A DNA stretch of 64,000 bases, taken from assembly GCA_903908245.1 (NCBI GenBank), contig CAIVRE010000030.1, positions 11,857 to 75,856 on the forward strand. Reading direction: 5' to 3'. The notes below the pieces were generated by a model. The model saw only the letters and a program-made list of their open reading frames with translations. It was not told the origin of the DNA and did not search any database. The position numbers and the translations under genes were made by a program. Each line of letters begins with the position of its first letter. The stretch's first letter is position 1. The stretch is from Candidatus Omnitrophota bacterium. Lineage in GTDB: Bacteria; Omnitrophota; Gorgyraeia; Zapsychrales; Fredricksoniimonadaceae. Below, piece by piece: positions 48,531-58,313 of this stretch.

Positions 48531-49280
48531 TCATTTCAAAGACCGCCGGTGTTCCATATAATCCGCGATCACACGATCATGATCGAACGCATATTTCAAA
48601 TTACGCAATTCCGCCAGCGGGACGATCATAAGCGCCTTGGCATCATCCCCGGCCTGCGCCTGGCCTATGCCCCGGGCAATGAAGACCGTCGTCACTGTAT
48701 GGAACCGCGGGTCACGGCCCGGGTCGGAATAGGTATGGAACTGCTTAAGGTCGGCCAACTCCAGGCCGGTCTCTTCCCTGGCCTCACGGCAGGCGGCGTC
48801 TTCCAGGCTCTCGCCGTTATCCACGAACCCGCCGGGTAAAGCCAGGCCATAGGGTGGATTGGAACGCTCGATCACGACGACCCCGCCCTCGACCTCAATA
48901 ATAATATCGGTCGTCACGTACGGCCCCCAGCCCATATCTTCCGTCACATGCCGCAGATACCCGAATACCTGTTTGGCAAAAATATCAAAGGCCTGATCCG
49001 TATCCAGGCAAATATTGATCTCTCCCAGCGACCCGCGGCCTTCGCGCCCGGCGCGCAGCACTTCCTGTGAAATGATCTTGGCGCAGCCCACCAAAGGGAA
49101 CGCGCCCCTGGCACAACCCAGTGCCGGGATCATGACCGAAGGCTTCCCCTGCGCCGCAGCTTGCCTGATCATGTCCGCGCACGCGGCGCGGACCGTGAAC
49201 TCATTGACAATGCCCGTCATCACCGGCAGGCCGGCAACAGAGCCTTTGACGATATTGACTTCGATATTACGAATCTTCAT
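48531..49280 (-). CDS. Nudix hydrolase with N-terminal degenerate macro-like domain
   Basis: C-terminal Nudix box GGFVDNGESLEDAACREAREETGL. N-terminal ~110 aa resembles the ends of macro domains but lacks the Gly-rich ADP-ribose loop. Start set at MKIRN. Confidence 0.6.
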   Translation of the reverse strand: MKIRNIEVNIVKGSVAGLPVMTGIVNEFTVRAACADMIRQAAAQGKPSVMIPALGCARGAFPLVGCAKIISQEVLRAGREGRGSLGEINICLDTDQAFDIFAKQVFGYLRHVTEDMGWGPYVTTDIIIEVEGGVVVIERSNPPYGLALPGGFVDNGESLEDAACREAREETGLELADLKQFHTYSDPGRDPRFHTVTTVFIARGIGQAQAGDDAKALMIVPLAELRNLKYAFDHDRVIADYMEHRRSLK

Positions 49281-49302
49281 TTTTTTATCCCAAACCTCCT
49301 CC

Positions 49303-50733
49303 CTACCGGAGAGGGAGGAGGTAAACAAAATCCAACGCCTGCTCACGAGTCGTAATCTTCCCCAAATGCTGAGCCTCATCAATAGCGGCCAGGATAGATT
49401 TGAACTCCGGGCCAGGAACCAATTTTAACTCTTTGATCAGGTCATTGCCATCAATAAGACGAACAAACGGCTTCTCTCTCTTCTTCTCAAAAAATAATCC
49501 GATCAAAGGATCGATGATCTCCGCCTGATGTTGGATATCTTCAGGTTTCGTCAGTGGGCCGCGGGTAGCGCGCTGGTCACAAAGTGCCAGTAGAAGCACC
49601 GACACAGCCTCTTCTTTTGCATCCCGCAAGAAACGGAACACCATCTTCCCGGGCGCCTTCTTATAATTCGACATATACCCCGGCCGCAGATGCAATGCCA
49701 CCATATCTTCCAGGGCGTACCGTTCGGCCGTCGACAGCTTAAGCTGACGGCTGATAATGCGCGTAATATCCCGGCCCACACGCTCGTGGCCATGAAAGCT
49801 CAAACGCCCGCCCGGCATTTCCTTGCGGGTTTCCGGCTTGCCGGTATCGTGCAGTAAACAGGCGAATTTAATAAGCGCGGCGCGTGAATGCCCGCCGCCA
49901 ACAATGGCCGAAAAATACTGCCCCAACTCGGATCCGGGCTGGACCGCCTTCAGCGATTTTTCAAACTCGGCCAGCGCAAGCAGCGAATGTTTCCACACAT
50001 TCAAATGATGATACCCGCCCTTGGGCACACTTTCGAGCAGCTTCAGCTGAGGGATGACCGCAAACAGCAATCCGCTTTTTTCCATCAGCCGAATAGTCCG
50101 CGCAGCCCGCGTCGTCTCAAAGATCTTGAATAATTCGTCACGGACCCGCTCGGGCGATACTTTACGGATCAGGCGTATGCGCGGCTTAATGGCCAACAAT
50201 GTCCTGGGATCGACCCTGAACCCCGTCTGGGCCGAAAGGCTGTACGCCCGCAACAGACGAAGAGGGTCATCATCGAACGCCGCGGCGCCGGTCATGCGGA
50301 TCACCTTGGCTTTTATATCCGAAAGGGCCCTGGGATTTTTCAGGCACGCAGAAAGGATGTCCTGTCCGGCCTTAAGTGCCATCAGGTCGACGACCAGCGT
50401 ATTGATGGTGAAATCGCGCTTTTTAATATCGCCGGCGAGATCTTTCGCCCTCAGGTCGGCAAAGTCATAAGTCCAAAGCCCCTCACGGCTTTTAATGGCC
50501 ACACGGGCACAGCCGTTCTCGGCATCAAGCAGGATAAAAGCCCCGCGCGACTTCCGGGCGAAAACCCGGGCAAACGCCACAGCTCCCTTCGATACGATAA
50601 AATCCAGGTCACGGCCGCAGCGGCCAAGGTGCTGGTCGCGCAAATACCCGCCGACCAGATAAAGGGACACGCGCTCTTTGCGGGCTAATCCGATCAGTGA
50701 GGGGACTTCAGGCAGACTACAAAAAGTGGGCAC
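49303..50733 (-). CDS. cca: CCA-adding tRNA nucleotidyltransferase / poly(A) polymerase-family enzyme with HD domain
   Basis: VGGYLRD head motif; HD motif LLHDTGKP...HGHERVG. Confidence 0.85.
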   Translation of the reverse strand: MPTFCSLPEVPSLIGLARKERVSLYLVGGYLRDQHLGRCGRDLDFIVSKGAVAFARVFARKSRGAFILLDAENGCARVAIKSREGLWTYDFADLRAKDLAGDIKKRDFTINTLVVDLMALKAGQDILSACLKNPRALSDIKAKVIRMTGAAAFDDDPLRLLRAYSLSAQTGFRVDPRTLLAIKPRIRLIRKVSPERVRDELFKIFETTRAARTIRLMEKSGLLFAVIPQLKLLESVPKGGYHHLNVWKHSLLALAEFEKSLKAVQPGSELGQYFSAIVGGGHSRAALIKFACLLHDTGKPETRKEMPGGRLSFHGHERVGRDITRIISRQLKLSTAERYALEDMVALHLRPGYMSNYKKAPGKMVFRFLRDAKEEAVSVLLLALCDQRATRGPLTKPEDIQHQAEIIDPLIGLFFEKKREKPFVRLIDGNDLIKELKLVPGPEFKSILAAIDEAQHLGKITTREQALDFVYLLPLR

Positions 50734-50742
50734 AGGGATGCC

Positions 50743-51147
50743 TCACAAATCATTCGTTAATGCTTGGGAAAAAACCTTTTCTTCCACGAACATCATGGCC
50801 TTATAACGGACGGCCACCGCGATCCCGTCCGACGGACGGCAATCAATGCTGACCGAATGCCCCGCCTTGTCGCGCAAACGCAGCTTGGCAAAGAACGTGC
50901 CGTCCACCAGGTCATCGATCGACAGGCACTCCACCTCGGCGCCCAGCGCGGAGATCACCGCGACAAGAAGGTCATGCGTGAGCGGCCGCAGCGCCTCGAT
51001 CCCGGCGATCTTCATCTGGATGCTGGTAGCTTCCACGAGGCCGATAACAATAGGGATCTGCCGGGAACCGCCTTTTTCGCGCAGCACCACGGCCTGATCG
51101 TGATTCTTTTCATCAATGATGATCTTGACCAACTCGATCTCGACCAT
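50743..51147 (-). CDS. bifunctional nuclease (BFN/DUF151) family protein
   Basis: 134-aa protein with the BFN-domain pattern (VVLREKGGSRQIPIVIGLVEA...). Confidence 0.65.
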   Translation of the reverse strand: MVEIELVKIIIDEKNHDQAVVLREKGGSRQIPIVIGLVEATSIQMKIAGIEALRPLTHDLLVAVISALGAEVECLSIDDLVDGTFFAKLRLRDKAGHSVSIDCRPSDGIAVAVRYKAMMFVEEKVFSQALTNDL

Positions 51148-51148
51148 A

Positions 51149-51625
51149 TTATTTCTTCCTTTTCAGGTCGCGTTCACGCTCCAGGATCACCTGGATCTCT
51201 TTCATGAAATGACTGACGTCACGGAACTGGCGGTATACCGACGCGAAACGCACGTAAGCCACCTCATCAAGCGTGTAAAGCTTGTCCATGATCAGCTCGC
51301 CGATCACCGAAGAATCCACCTCACGGTCATATTTCTTCTGGATCGTACGCTCGATATCAACCGCAACCTCTTCCACCTGCGCCACGCTCACCGGCCGCTT
51401 CTCGCAGGCCTTCATAATACCGTTGATCACGCGCGAACGGTCATACGGCTGGCGCCGCGCGTCTTTTTTGATGACCATCAGCGATACCTGTTCAACATAT
51501 TCATGCGTGGTGAACCGTTTGGCACATTTAAGGCATTCCCGACGCCGGCGGGTAGACGTGGCTTCCGCGTTCTCACGCGAATCAACGACTTTTGTATCCT
51601 TATACGCACAGGCAGGGCATTTCAT
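51149..51625 (-). CDS. nrdR: transcriptional repressor NrdR
   Basis: [17 protein letters not shown]...CLKCAKRF Zn-ribbon plus ATP-cone. Confidence 0.9.
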   Translation of the reverse strand: MKCPACAYKDTKVVDSRENAEATSTRRRRECLKCAKRFTTHEYVEQVSLMVIKKDARRQPYDRSRVINGIMKACEKRPVSVAQVEEVAVDIERTIQKKYDREVDSSVIGELIMDKLYTLDEVAYVRFASVYRQFRDVSHFMKEIQVILERERDLKRKK

Positions 51626-52872
51626 CAGTACACCAACCCCTCATAGATAGGAAATTTCCGTGTCAATGCCTCGACCCCCGCGCGGACCTTGTCAAGCGCA
51701 GCCGCATTATCACGATGGACAATGGCCTCGTCGATCAAGCCGGCAACAATGTCCATTTCGGCTTCTTTCATCCCGCGCGTGGTAAGCGCGGGCGTGCCAA
51801 TACGGATCCCGCTGGTCACCGCCGGTGCCTGGGTATCAAAAGGAATAAGGTTCTTGTTAACGGTGATCTTGACAGCATCCAGCAACGTGGCCGCATCCTT
51901 GCCCGAAATATTCTTCGGGCGAAGATCAACCATGAACAGGTGATTATCCGTCCCTCCGGAAACAATACGAAAACCCCGTTTTTCCAGCGCCGCAGCGAAC
52001 GCCTTGGCGTTTTTCACCACCTGCTGCTGATACGCCTTGAATTCCGGCTTAAGCGCCTCGCCGAACGCGACCGCTTTCCCGGCGATCACATGCATGAGAG
52101 GCCCGCCCTGGATCCCGGGGAAGATATTCATGTCGACCTTCTTGGCAAATTCAGCCTTGCACAGGATGATCCCGCCGCGCGGGCCGCGCAGGGTCTTATG
52201 GGTCGTCGACGTAACAAACTCCGCGTACGGCACCGGGCTCGGATGAACGCCCGCCGCGACCAATCCCGCAAAATGCGCCATATCCACAAAAAGCACCGCC
52301 CCGACCTTGTCGCAGATCGCGCGAAAACGCTTGAAATCCAGCACGCGCGAATACGCCGAATACCCGGCAATGATCATTTTGGGTTTATGCTCCAGGGCCA
52401 GGCGCTCGACCTCATCCATGTCGATCAACTCGGTCCTGGGATCGACCTTGTACGAAACCATATTATAAAGCTTTCCGGAAAAGTTGATCTTCAACCCGTG
52501 CGTCAAGTGCCCGCCGCAGGCCAGGTCCAACCCCATCACCGTATCGCCCGGCTTGACCGCGGAAAGATACACCGCCATATTCGCCTGCGACCCGGAATGC
52601 GCCTGTACATTCGCGTGATCCGCACCAAAAAGTTCCTTTAAACGGTCAATGGCCAGCTGTTCGACCTCATCCACATTCTCACAACCGTTATACCAGCGCG
52701 CCTTGGGATACCCCTCGGCATACTTGTTGGTCATGACCGAACCCATGGCCTCCATCACCGCCTGAGAAACGATATTTTCCGAAGCAATAAGCTCCAGATT
52801 CTCTTTCTGGCGCTTAAGTTCGCTGGAAATGCTTTTGTAAACCTCGGGATCCGCCTTCTGTAAGTCCTTCAT
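51625..52872 (-). CDS. glyA: serine hydroxymethyltransferase
   Basis: [42 protein letters not shown]. Confidence 0.95.
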   Translation of the reverse strand: MKDLQKADPEVYKSISSELKRQKENLELIASENIVSQAVMEAMGSVMTNKYAEGYPKARWYNGCENVDEVEQLAIDRLKELFGADHANVQAHSGSQANMAVYLSAVKPGDTVMGLDLACGGHLTHGLKINFSGKLYNMVSYKVDPRTELIDMDEVERLALEHKPKMIIAGYSAYSRVLDFKRFRAICDKVGAVLFVDMAHFAGLVAAGVHPSPVPYAEFVTSTTHKTLRGPRGGIILCKAEFAKKVDMNIFPGIQGGPLMHVIAGKAVAFGEALKPEFKAYQQQVVKNAKAFAAALEKRGFRIVSGGTDNHLFMVDLRPKNISGKDAATLLDAVKITVNKNLIPFDTQAPAVTSGIRIGTPALTTRGMKEAEMDIVAGLIDEAIVHRDNAAALDKVRAGVEALTRKFPIYEGLVY

Positions 52873-52880
52873 AACCGCCC

Positions 52881-53351
52881 CTACCCCTTGCTTTTGGAAA
52901 ATTGTTTTTCAATAGCCCTGATCTGCCTGACCCGGCGCAAATGGCGCCCGCCCTCAAACTCCGTCGAAAGCCACACCTTGATGATCTCAAGCATTGCCTT
53001 CTCACCAACAAACCTGGACCCCAGCACCAGCACGTTGGCATTGTTATGCTGACGGGAGAGCTCGGCCGCTTCCCGGTTATAACACAAAGCCGCGTAGGCT
53101 CCCGGCACCTTGTTGGCCGCGATGGAGTGCCCGATCCCCGTCATGCACACCAGGATACCGCGCGAATTCTTGTGTTTCACCACATTCGCCGCAACGGCCA
53201 GCGACAATTTCGGGTAATCGCACGGCGGTTCAGGCTCGTACGTACCGACATCAACGACTTCATGCCCCGCGCCGCGCAAAAACGCGACCACCTTGCCCTT
53301 GAGTGCAAACCCGCGATGATCCGCGCCGATAAAAACCGTTAATTGTTTCAT
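52881..53351 (-). CDS. rpiB: ribose-5-phosphate isomerase B
   Basis: RpiB/LacA/LacB pattern ([13 protein letters not shown]...[17 protein letters not shown]). Confidence 0.9.
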   Translation of the reverse strand: MKQLTVFIGADHRGFALKGKVVAFLRGAGHEVVDVGTYEPEPPCDYPKLSLAVAANVVKHKNSRGILVCMTGIGHSIAANKVPGAYAALCYNREAAELSRQHNNANVLVLGSRFVGEKAMLEIIKVWLSTEFEGGRHLRRVRQIRAIEKQFSKSKG

Positions 53352-53373
53352 TGACCCCTCTGACCCGAAAAAA

Positions 53374-54444
53374 TTAAATTAATGGCACAACCCTGTCCAG
53401 GCAATCCTCGATGAACGCCGCGCAGGCCTGGTATTGCGCCCGCGCGTGGCCGATAGGATCGGGAATATCCAGGTCGGCCTCCCGAAGGGCCGCGGCACTG
53501 CGAAACTCGCCCAGCAGATAAACCCTCGCCTCAACGCCCGGCACGCGCTCAAGCACCTGAGAACGGTGCGCGCGCGTCATCACAAAAACAAGGTCCGACT
53601 TCTTGAGCAGCATGTTGGTGACCGGCTGGGACAAATGCTCGCGCGCGTCCATCCCGAAACTCTTGAGGACCTGCACCGCTTCCTGACTAGCAGATGTCGG
53701 AAAAAGCACGCCGGTCCCGCAGGACGCCACATCGACGTTCTGGCGGCCCTTGACCCTCTTCTTTAACAGATATTCCGCCATCACCGAACGACAGCTGTTA
53801 CCGGTACAAACGAACAGGATATTCTTCCGCCCGACCACCGCATCAACGTCTTTCTGACTGATCACGCCCTCACGAACGACCGTCGGCCTCGGCTTCGTAA
53901 AATCAACGATCGTTGACGCCGTTCCTATATTGACCTTCCCGCTGTCGATCGCAATATCGACCAGCCCCTCCAGGTCACGCAAAGCCTCGGCACAGGTCGT
54001 CGGTGCCGGATTGCCTTCAAAATTCGCCGATGGCGCCGCGATCGTGCAACGCGCGTTCTCCACCAGCCTGAGGGCCACCGGATGGTCCGGGATACGGATC
54101 CCGATCGTCGCCCCCGTCTTTTCACCGGCCGCAGGGACGATCACTGTAAGCGGCCCCGGCCAATAACGGTCGATCAATTTAAAAAGTTTCGGGTCTGTAT
54201 ATGACGTATAATTACGGACAAGTTCTTTCTGCGCGATCATCACAGAGAACGGCTTGTCATCCGAACGTTTCTTGACTTCCCGCAAACGCTTCATCGCCAC
54301 AGGATTGGAATTGTCCGCCGCGATCCCGTAAACCGTCTCCGTCGGAAAGACCACCAGCCCCCCCTTGTGCACGCAGGCCGCGGCTTCAAGGATGGCGGAC
54401 GCCCCCGGGGCGCTCAGATCGATCTTAAGGACTTTGGTCTTCAC
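53374..54444 (-). CDS. fusion: L-threonylcarbamoyladenylate synthase (YrdC/TsaC, Sua5/YwlC-like) + C-terminal low-molecular-weight protein (Tyr/Arg) phosphatase
   Basis: N-terminal half FPTETVYGIAAD...SANFEG (YrdC fold); C-terminal half NILFVCTGNSCRSVMAEYLL (CX5R P-loop) and DIPDPIG (DP acid). Confidence 0.8.
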   Translation of the reverse strand: MKTKVLKIDLSAPGASAILEAAACVHKGGLVVFPTETVYGIAADNSNPVAMKRLREVKKRSDDKPFSVMIAQKELVRNYTSYTDPKLFKLIDRYWPGPLTVIVPAAGEKTGATIGIRIPDHPVALRLVENARCTIAAPSANFEGNPAPTTCAEALRDLEGLVDIAIDSGKVNIGTASTIVDFTKPRPTVVREGVISQKDVDAVVGRKNILFVCTGNSCRSVMAEYLLKKRVKGRQNVDVASCGTGVLFPTSASQEAVQVLKSFGMDAREHLSQPVTNMLLKKSDLVFVMTRAHRSQVLERVPGVEARVYLLGEFRSAAALREADLDIPDPIGHARAQYQACAAFIEDCLDRVVPLI

Positions 54445-54455
54445 CGCAGCACCTG

Positions 54456-54932
54456 TTAACCCTTCAATATCTTCTCGGCCTGGTCATTCGTAAAATTGTC
54501 CAGTTTCTTTAGAAGCTTCGCGTCAGACAATGCCAGGATACGCACCGCGATCAATGCCGCGTTCTTGGCGCCGGGCTTGCCGATGCCAACGCCCGCCACC
54601 GGAACTCCGGGCGGCATCTGGACCGTCGAAAGCAGGGCATCCAGGCCATTGAACCCCATCGACTCAAGCGGAATGCCGATGACCGGGATCTGGGTATGCG
54701 CCGCAACGGTCCCGGCCAATGCCGCGGACCCGCCAGCCGCACAGATCACCACCTTGATCCCGCGCGCGCCAAGCCCTTGCGCATATTCCGCGGTCTGTCT
54801 GGGCGTACGATGCGCGGAAAGCACCTTCACTTCATTGCCTATGCCAAAGGCATCGAGCATCTTGACCGCCTCTTCCACGACCGGCATATCGTTCTTGCTG
54901 CCCATCATTAACGCGACCTGTATATTTGACAT
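54456..54932 (-). CDS. purE: N5-carboxyaminoimidazole ribonucleotide mutase
   Basis: VALMMGSKNDMPVVEEA...LSAHRTP...VVICAAGGSAALAG. Confidence 0.95.
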   Translation of the reverse strand: MSNIQVALMMGSKNDMPVVEEAVKMLDAFGIGNEVKVLSAHRTPRQTAEYAQGLGARGIKVVICAAGGSAALAGTVAAHTQIPVIGIPLESMGFNGLDALLSTVQMPPGVPVAGVGIGKPGAKNAALIAVRILALSDAKLLKKLDNFTNDQAEKILKG

Positions 54933-54943
54933 AAATTTCTCCC

Positions 54944-56209
54944 TTATCTTTGAAGCGCCTTCTGCCCGATATCTTTTCTGTATTGCATGCCGTCAAAAGA
55001 GATCACAGACACCGCCTTATAAGCATATTCGATCGCCCGCGTGATGCCGGGGCCCAGCGCGGTCACGCCCAAAACCCGCCCGCCGGAACTGACGACCTTA
55101 CCACCTTCTTTTTTAGTCCCCGCGTGAAACACGCCCGCATCCCCTGGCACATCCCCCAGACCCCTGATCTCTTTGCCTGAGGAATAATCGCCCGGATACC
55201 CGCCGGCCGCCATCACCACGCAAACACACGCGCGGCTGTCCCATTCCAGTTCCATCCCTGACAAACCGCCGGCAACAGATGCCAGCATCATAGTTACAAT
55301 ATCACTTTTTAACCGCGGAAGCACGGCCTGTGTTTCAGGGTCGCCAAAACGCGTGTTGAACTCCAGGACCTTCGGCCCCTGTGCTGTCACCATAATGCCC
55401 GCATAAAGAATCCCCTTGAACGGCGCGCCGTCCTTGTGCATCCCCTCGATCGACGGCCGGATGACCGTCTCTGATATCTCCGCCATCAAAGCAGGCGTCA
55501 CGACCGGCGCGGGCGAATACGCCCCCATCCCGCCGGTATTCGGCCCCTGGTCATTGTCAAAGATACGCTTGTGGTCCTGGCTTGATTCCAGAATAATAAA
55601 ATCTTTTCCATCAGCGACCGCCAGGATGGACGCTTCTTCACCGTAAAGAAATTCTTCAATGACCACGCGCTTGCCGGCATCCTTGAAAACACGGTCCGAC
55701 ATAATGCTTTTAAGCGCGGCAACAGCCCCGGCTTTATCCTGACAAATAATAACGCCCTTTCCCGCAGCCAATCCATCAGCCTTAACGACCAAAGGAAAGC
55801 GGCACTTGTCCAGGAAAGCAATGGCCGGCGCAATAGCATCAAAAGAACCATACGAGGCCGTCGGGATATGATGGCGGGCCATGAACTCTTTAGCAAAAGC
55901 CTTGCTGCCTTCCAGGCGCGCCGCGGCTTTGGAAGGGCCAAAGGCCTTCAAACCTGCCTTTTCAAAAACATCAACGATCCCCAGGACCAAAGGCACTTCA
56001 GGCCCGACGACCGTCAGATCTATTTTGTTGTCTTGAGCAAACTTGAGGAGGGAAGCAATATCATCCGCTTTGATATTAACGCAATCGGCGAGAGCGGCGA
56101 TGCCCCCGTTGCCGGGAGCGCAGAAAACTTTTGTCACACGAGGACTCTGGCGGATCTTCCACACCAGGGCATGCTCACGACCGCCTGAACCAACGACAAG
56201 GATCTTCAT
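54944..56209 (-). CDS. purD: phosphoribosylamine-glycine ligase
   Basis: MKILVVGSGGREHALVWKI... Confidence 0.95.
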   Translation of the reverse strand: MKILVVGSGGREHALVWKIRQSPRVTKVFCAPGNGGIAALADCVNIKADDIASLLKFAQDNKIDLTVVGPEVPLVLGIVDVFEKAGLKAFGPSKAAARLEGSKAFAKEFMARHHIPTASYGSFDAIAPAIAFLDKCRFPLVVKADGLAAGKGVIICQDKAGAVAALKSIMSDRVFKDAGKRVVIEEFLYGEEASILAVADGKDFIILESSQDHKRIFDNDQGPNTGGMGAYSPAPVVTPALMAEISETVIRPSIEGMHKDGAPFKGILYAGIMVTAQGPKVLEFNTRFGDPETQAVLPRLKSDIVTMMLASVAGGLSGMELEWDSRACVCVVMAAGGYPGDYSSGKEIRGLGDVPGDAGVFHAGTKKEGGKVVSSGGRVLGVTALGPGITRAIEYAYKAVSVISFDGMQYRKDIGQKALQR

Positions 56210-56229
56210 TCGCCTGCCTTCATGCTAGG

Positions 56230-56394
56230 GCTTTTCGGTTGAAGCCAATGACCAATATTTTTTCGGCCGGGCCGACCATGACGCCCTAAAAAGCCGTGAG
56301 ACTCGACCTTCATATTCGGCAGGGTTTTGGTTATGCCACCGGTCGGCCCTTAAGCCTTCAAAAACATTAGTCATTGGCTTAGAGACCGAAAAGC
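56230..56394. repeat. ~165-nt imperfect palindrome (nested inverted repeats) in the purM-purD intergenic region / purD 5' leader; candidate structured RNA or MITE-like element
   Basis: Arms: gcttttcggt (56230-39) / accgaaaagc (56385-94); aagccaatgac (56242-52) / gtcattggctt (56370-80, perfect 11 nt); gggccgacc (56269-77) / ggtcggccc (56341-49); ~63-nt apical region. Ends 20 nt upstream of the purD ATG. Confidence 0.6.
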
Positions 56395-56490
56395 TGCAAA
56401 ACAATGAAACCAATTCCAACTTTTCATTACTGCGCAATTGGCTTAAGTTCCAACGACAGCCCCGGCAAGCAATAAGGCGACAAAACACAT

Positions 56491-57489
56491 TTAGATCAAT
56501 TCTAACTTCTCTTTGCCGCGCTTGATGACCTTGCCGATCACATACGACGGTATACCGGTCTTGCGCAAGGCCTGTTGGACTTTAATAACCTCAATAGGCT
56601 TCACGACCACAATAAACCCGACGCCCATGTTAAAAGTGCGATACAACTCGCGCTCGGCAATATCTGCCTTCTTCATGATCAGATCAAAGACCTCAGGCAT
56701 GGGCCAGGTCCCTTTGGTGATCTCAAGCGCGCAGGTGTCGGGCAAACATTTAGTCAATTTCTCATAAAACGCACCGCCGGTATTATGCGCCATACCATGA
56801 ATATCAAACCTGCCGATCAAAGGCAGGATGTTCTTCACATAAATGCGCGTCGGCTCAAGGATCAGCTTCGCATATTTCTTTTGCTCTGCAGGACTAAAAA
56901 CTTTACGCACCAGCGAATAACCATTGGAATGCGCGCCGCTCGATGGAAGCGCGATCACTACATCTCCCGGCTTTATTTTAGAACCATCAATGATCTTCGA
57001 CTTCTCGACCACGCCAACGGTAAAACCCGCAAGATCGTAATCTTCCGCCTTATACATCCCGGGCATTTCGGCGGTTTCACCGCCGGTCAACGCGCAACCC
57101 GCCTGACGGCAGCCTTCGGCAATGCCCTTCATCACCTCAACTAAAATTTTCTTGTCAACCTTCCCGCAGGCCACATAATCAAGGAAGAACAATGGCTTGG
57201 CTCCAACACACAGAACATCATTAACATTCATCGCAACAAGGTCAATGCCCACCGTATCGTGCTTGCCAACATGATTGGCGATCAAAAGCTTGGTACCAAC
57301 GCCATCGGTTGAAGAAACCAGCACCGGCTCTTTGTACCCCTTAGGCAACGCGAACAGCGAACCAAATGCGCGGGTACGGTCCATCACGCCAGGCTGGCGC
57401 GTTGACTTCACCAGGCCCTTGATAGCCCCGACAAATTCATCCGCCTTCTGGATATCCACACCACTGTCTTTATAAGTCAATTTCTTCAT
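56491..57489 (-). CDS. purM: phosphoribosylformylglycinamidine cyclo-ligase
   Basis: PurM/AIR synthase pattern (YKDSGVDI..., GGETAEMPG). Confidence 0.95.
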   Translation of the reverse strand: MKKLTYKDSGVDIQKADEFVGAIKGLVKSTRQPGVMDRTRAFGSLFALPKGYKEPVLVSSTDGVGTKLLIANHVGKHDTVGIDLVAMNVNDVLCVGAKPLFFLDYVACGKVDKKILVEVMKGIAEGCRQAGCALTGGETAEMPGMYKAEDYDLAGFTVGVVEKSKIIDGSKIKPGDVVIALPSSGAHSNGYSLVRKVFSPAEQKKYAKLILEPTRIYVKNILPLIGRFDIHGMAHNTGGAFYEKLTKCLPDTCALEITKGTWPMPEVFDLIMKKADIAERELYRTFNMGVGFIVVVKPIEVIKVQQALRKTGIPSYVIGKVIKRGKEKLELI

Positions 57490-58313
57490 AGCAAGTGCTT
57501 CTTCACGTAATCAATGCCATTCTGGAAGACCTTGGCGCCGTCGCCGAAACCCGTTCGGGCGACCCGGCGGGACGCCCCTACATTCAGGCGCGTCCAGAAA
57601 GGATGCTGCGTAAAAAGAAAATGACGCTCCGGGTGCGGCATAAGCCCCAGGATACGCCCCGTCGGATCGCAAATGCCCGCGATATCTTCCGTAGATCCGT
57701 TCGGATTATCCGGATACGCCGGCTTACTTCCGTCGGCCGCGACATAAGAGAACACGATCTGCCCGTTCTTCTTAAGGCCATCCATCACAGCCCTGTTCAC
57801 AGGAATAAATTTCCCCTCGCCATGGGCGACAGGGATAAAAATTGTTTTTGGAAGATCTTTCGTCCAGACGCATTTCCCGTCAACCTTCAGGTGCACCCAG
57901 CGGTCCTCGAACTTGCCCGAATCATTATTGAATAAAGTCGCCGTCTGGATCGTCTTTGAACCTGCGGCAAAAGGCCCGGGCAGGATCCCGCTCTTCACCA
58001 GGATCTGAAACCCGTTGCAAATACCGATAATGAGCTTCCTGTCCTTGATGAACTTCGCCACATCTGCGCCCAACCGGACGCGCAGCTCATTGGCAAAGAT
58101 CCGCCCCGACGCAATATCATCGCCGTAGCTGAACCCGCCCGGCAGCGCCAGGATATGATAATCCTTCATGGCCACACGCCCGGCAAAAAGCTCCTGCAAA
58201 TGGACCTGATCGACATCGGCGCCGCATTGCTCAAAGGCAAAAGCGGTCTCCACGTTGCAATTCGTTCCGGCGGTGCGCAATACTAGGACGCGGGGTTTAT
58301 TGGCCATGCTCAT
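57486..58313 (-). CDS. purQ: phosphoribosylformylglycinamidine synthase I (glutaminase subunit)
   Basis: Class I GATase with catalytic IGICNGFQ. Confidence 0.9.
   Translation of the reverse strand: MSMANKPRVLVLRTAGTNCNVETAFAFEQCGADVDQVHLQELFAGRVAMKDYHILALPGGFSYGDDIASGRIFANELRVRLGADVAKFIKDRKLIIGICNGFQILVKSGILPGPFAAGSKTIQTATLFNNDSGKFEDRWVHLKVDGKCVWTKDLPKTIFIPVAHGEGKFIPVNRAVMDGLKKNGQIVFSYVAADGSKPAYPDNPNGSTEDIAGICDPTGRILGLMPHPERHFLFTQHPFWTRLNVGASRRVARTGFGDGAKVFQNGIDYVKKHLL

Noticed and set aside
56207-56223. Tiny uORF (MKAGE) whose UGA overlaps the purD AUG
   Set aside because: It is five codons long, with no SD of its own, and it resembles the purD start (AUGAAG...). Probably coincidental; noted only as part of the structured leader.
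56230-56394. Calling the purD-leader palindrome a ZTP, purine or PRPP riboswitch
   Set aside because: I could not find the conserved cores of these classes by eye (ZTP GGGUCGUGAC / CCGCCUGGGCA, purine three-way junction, ykkC motifs). Left as an unclassified structured element.
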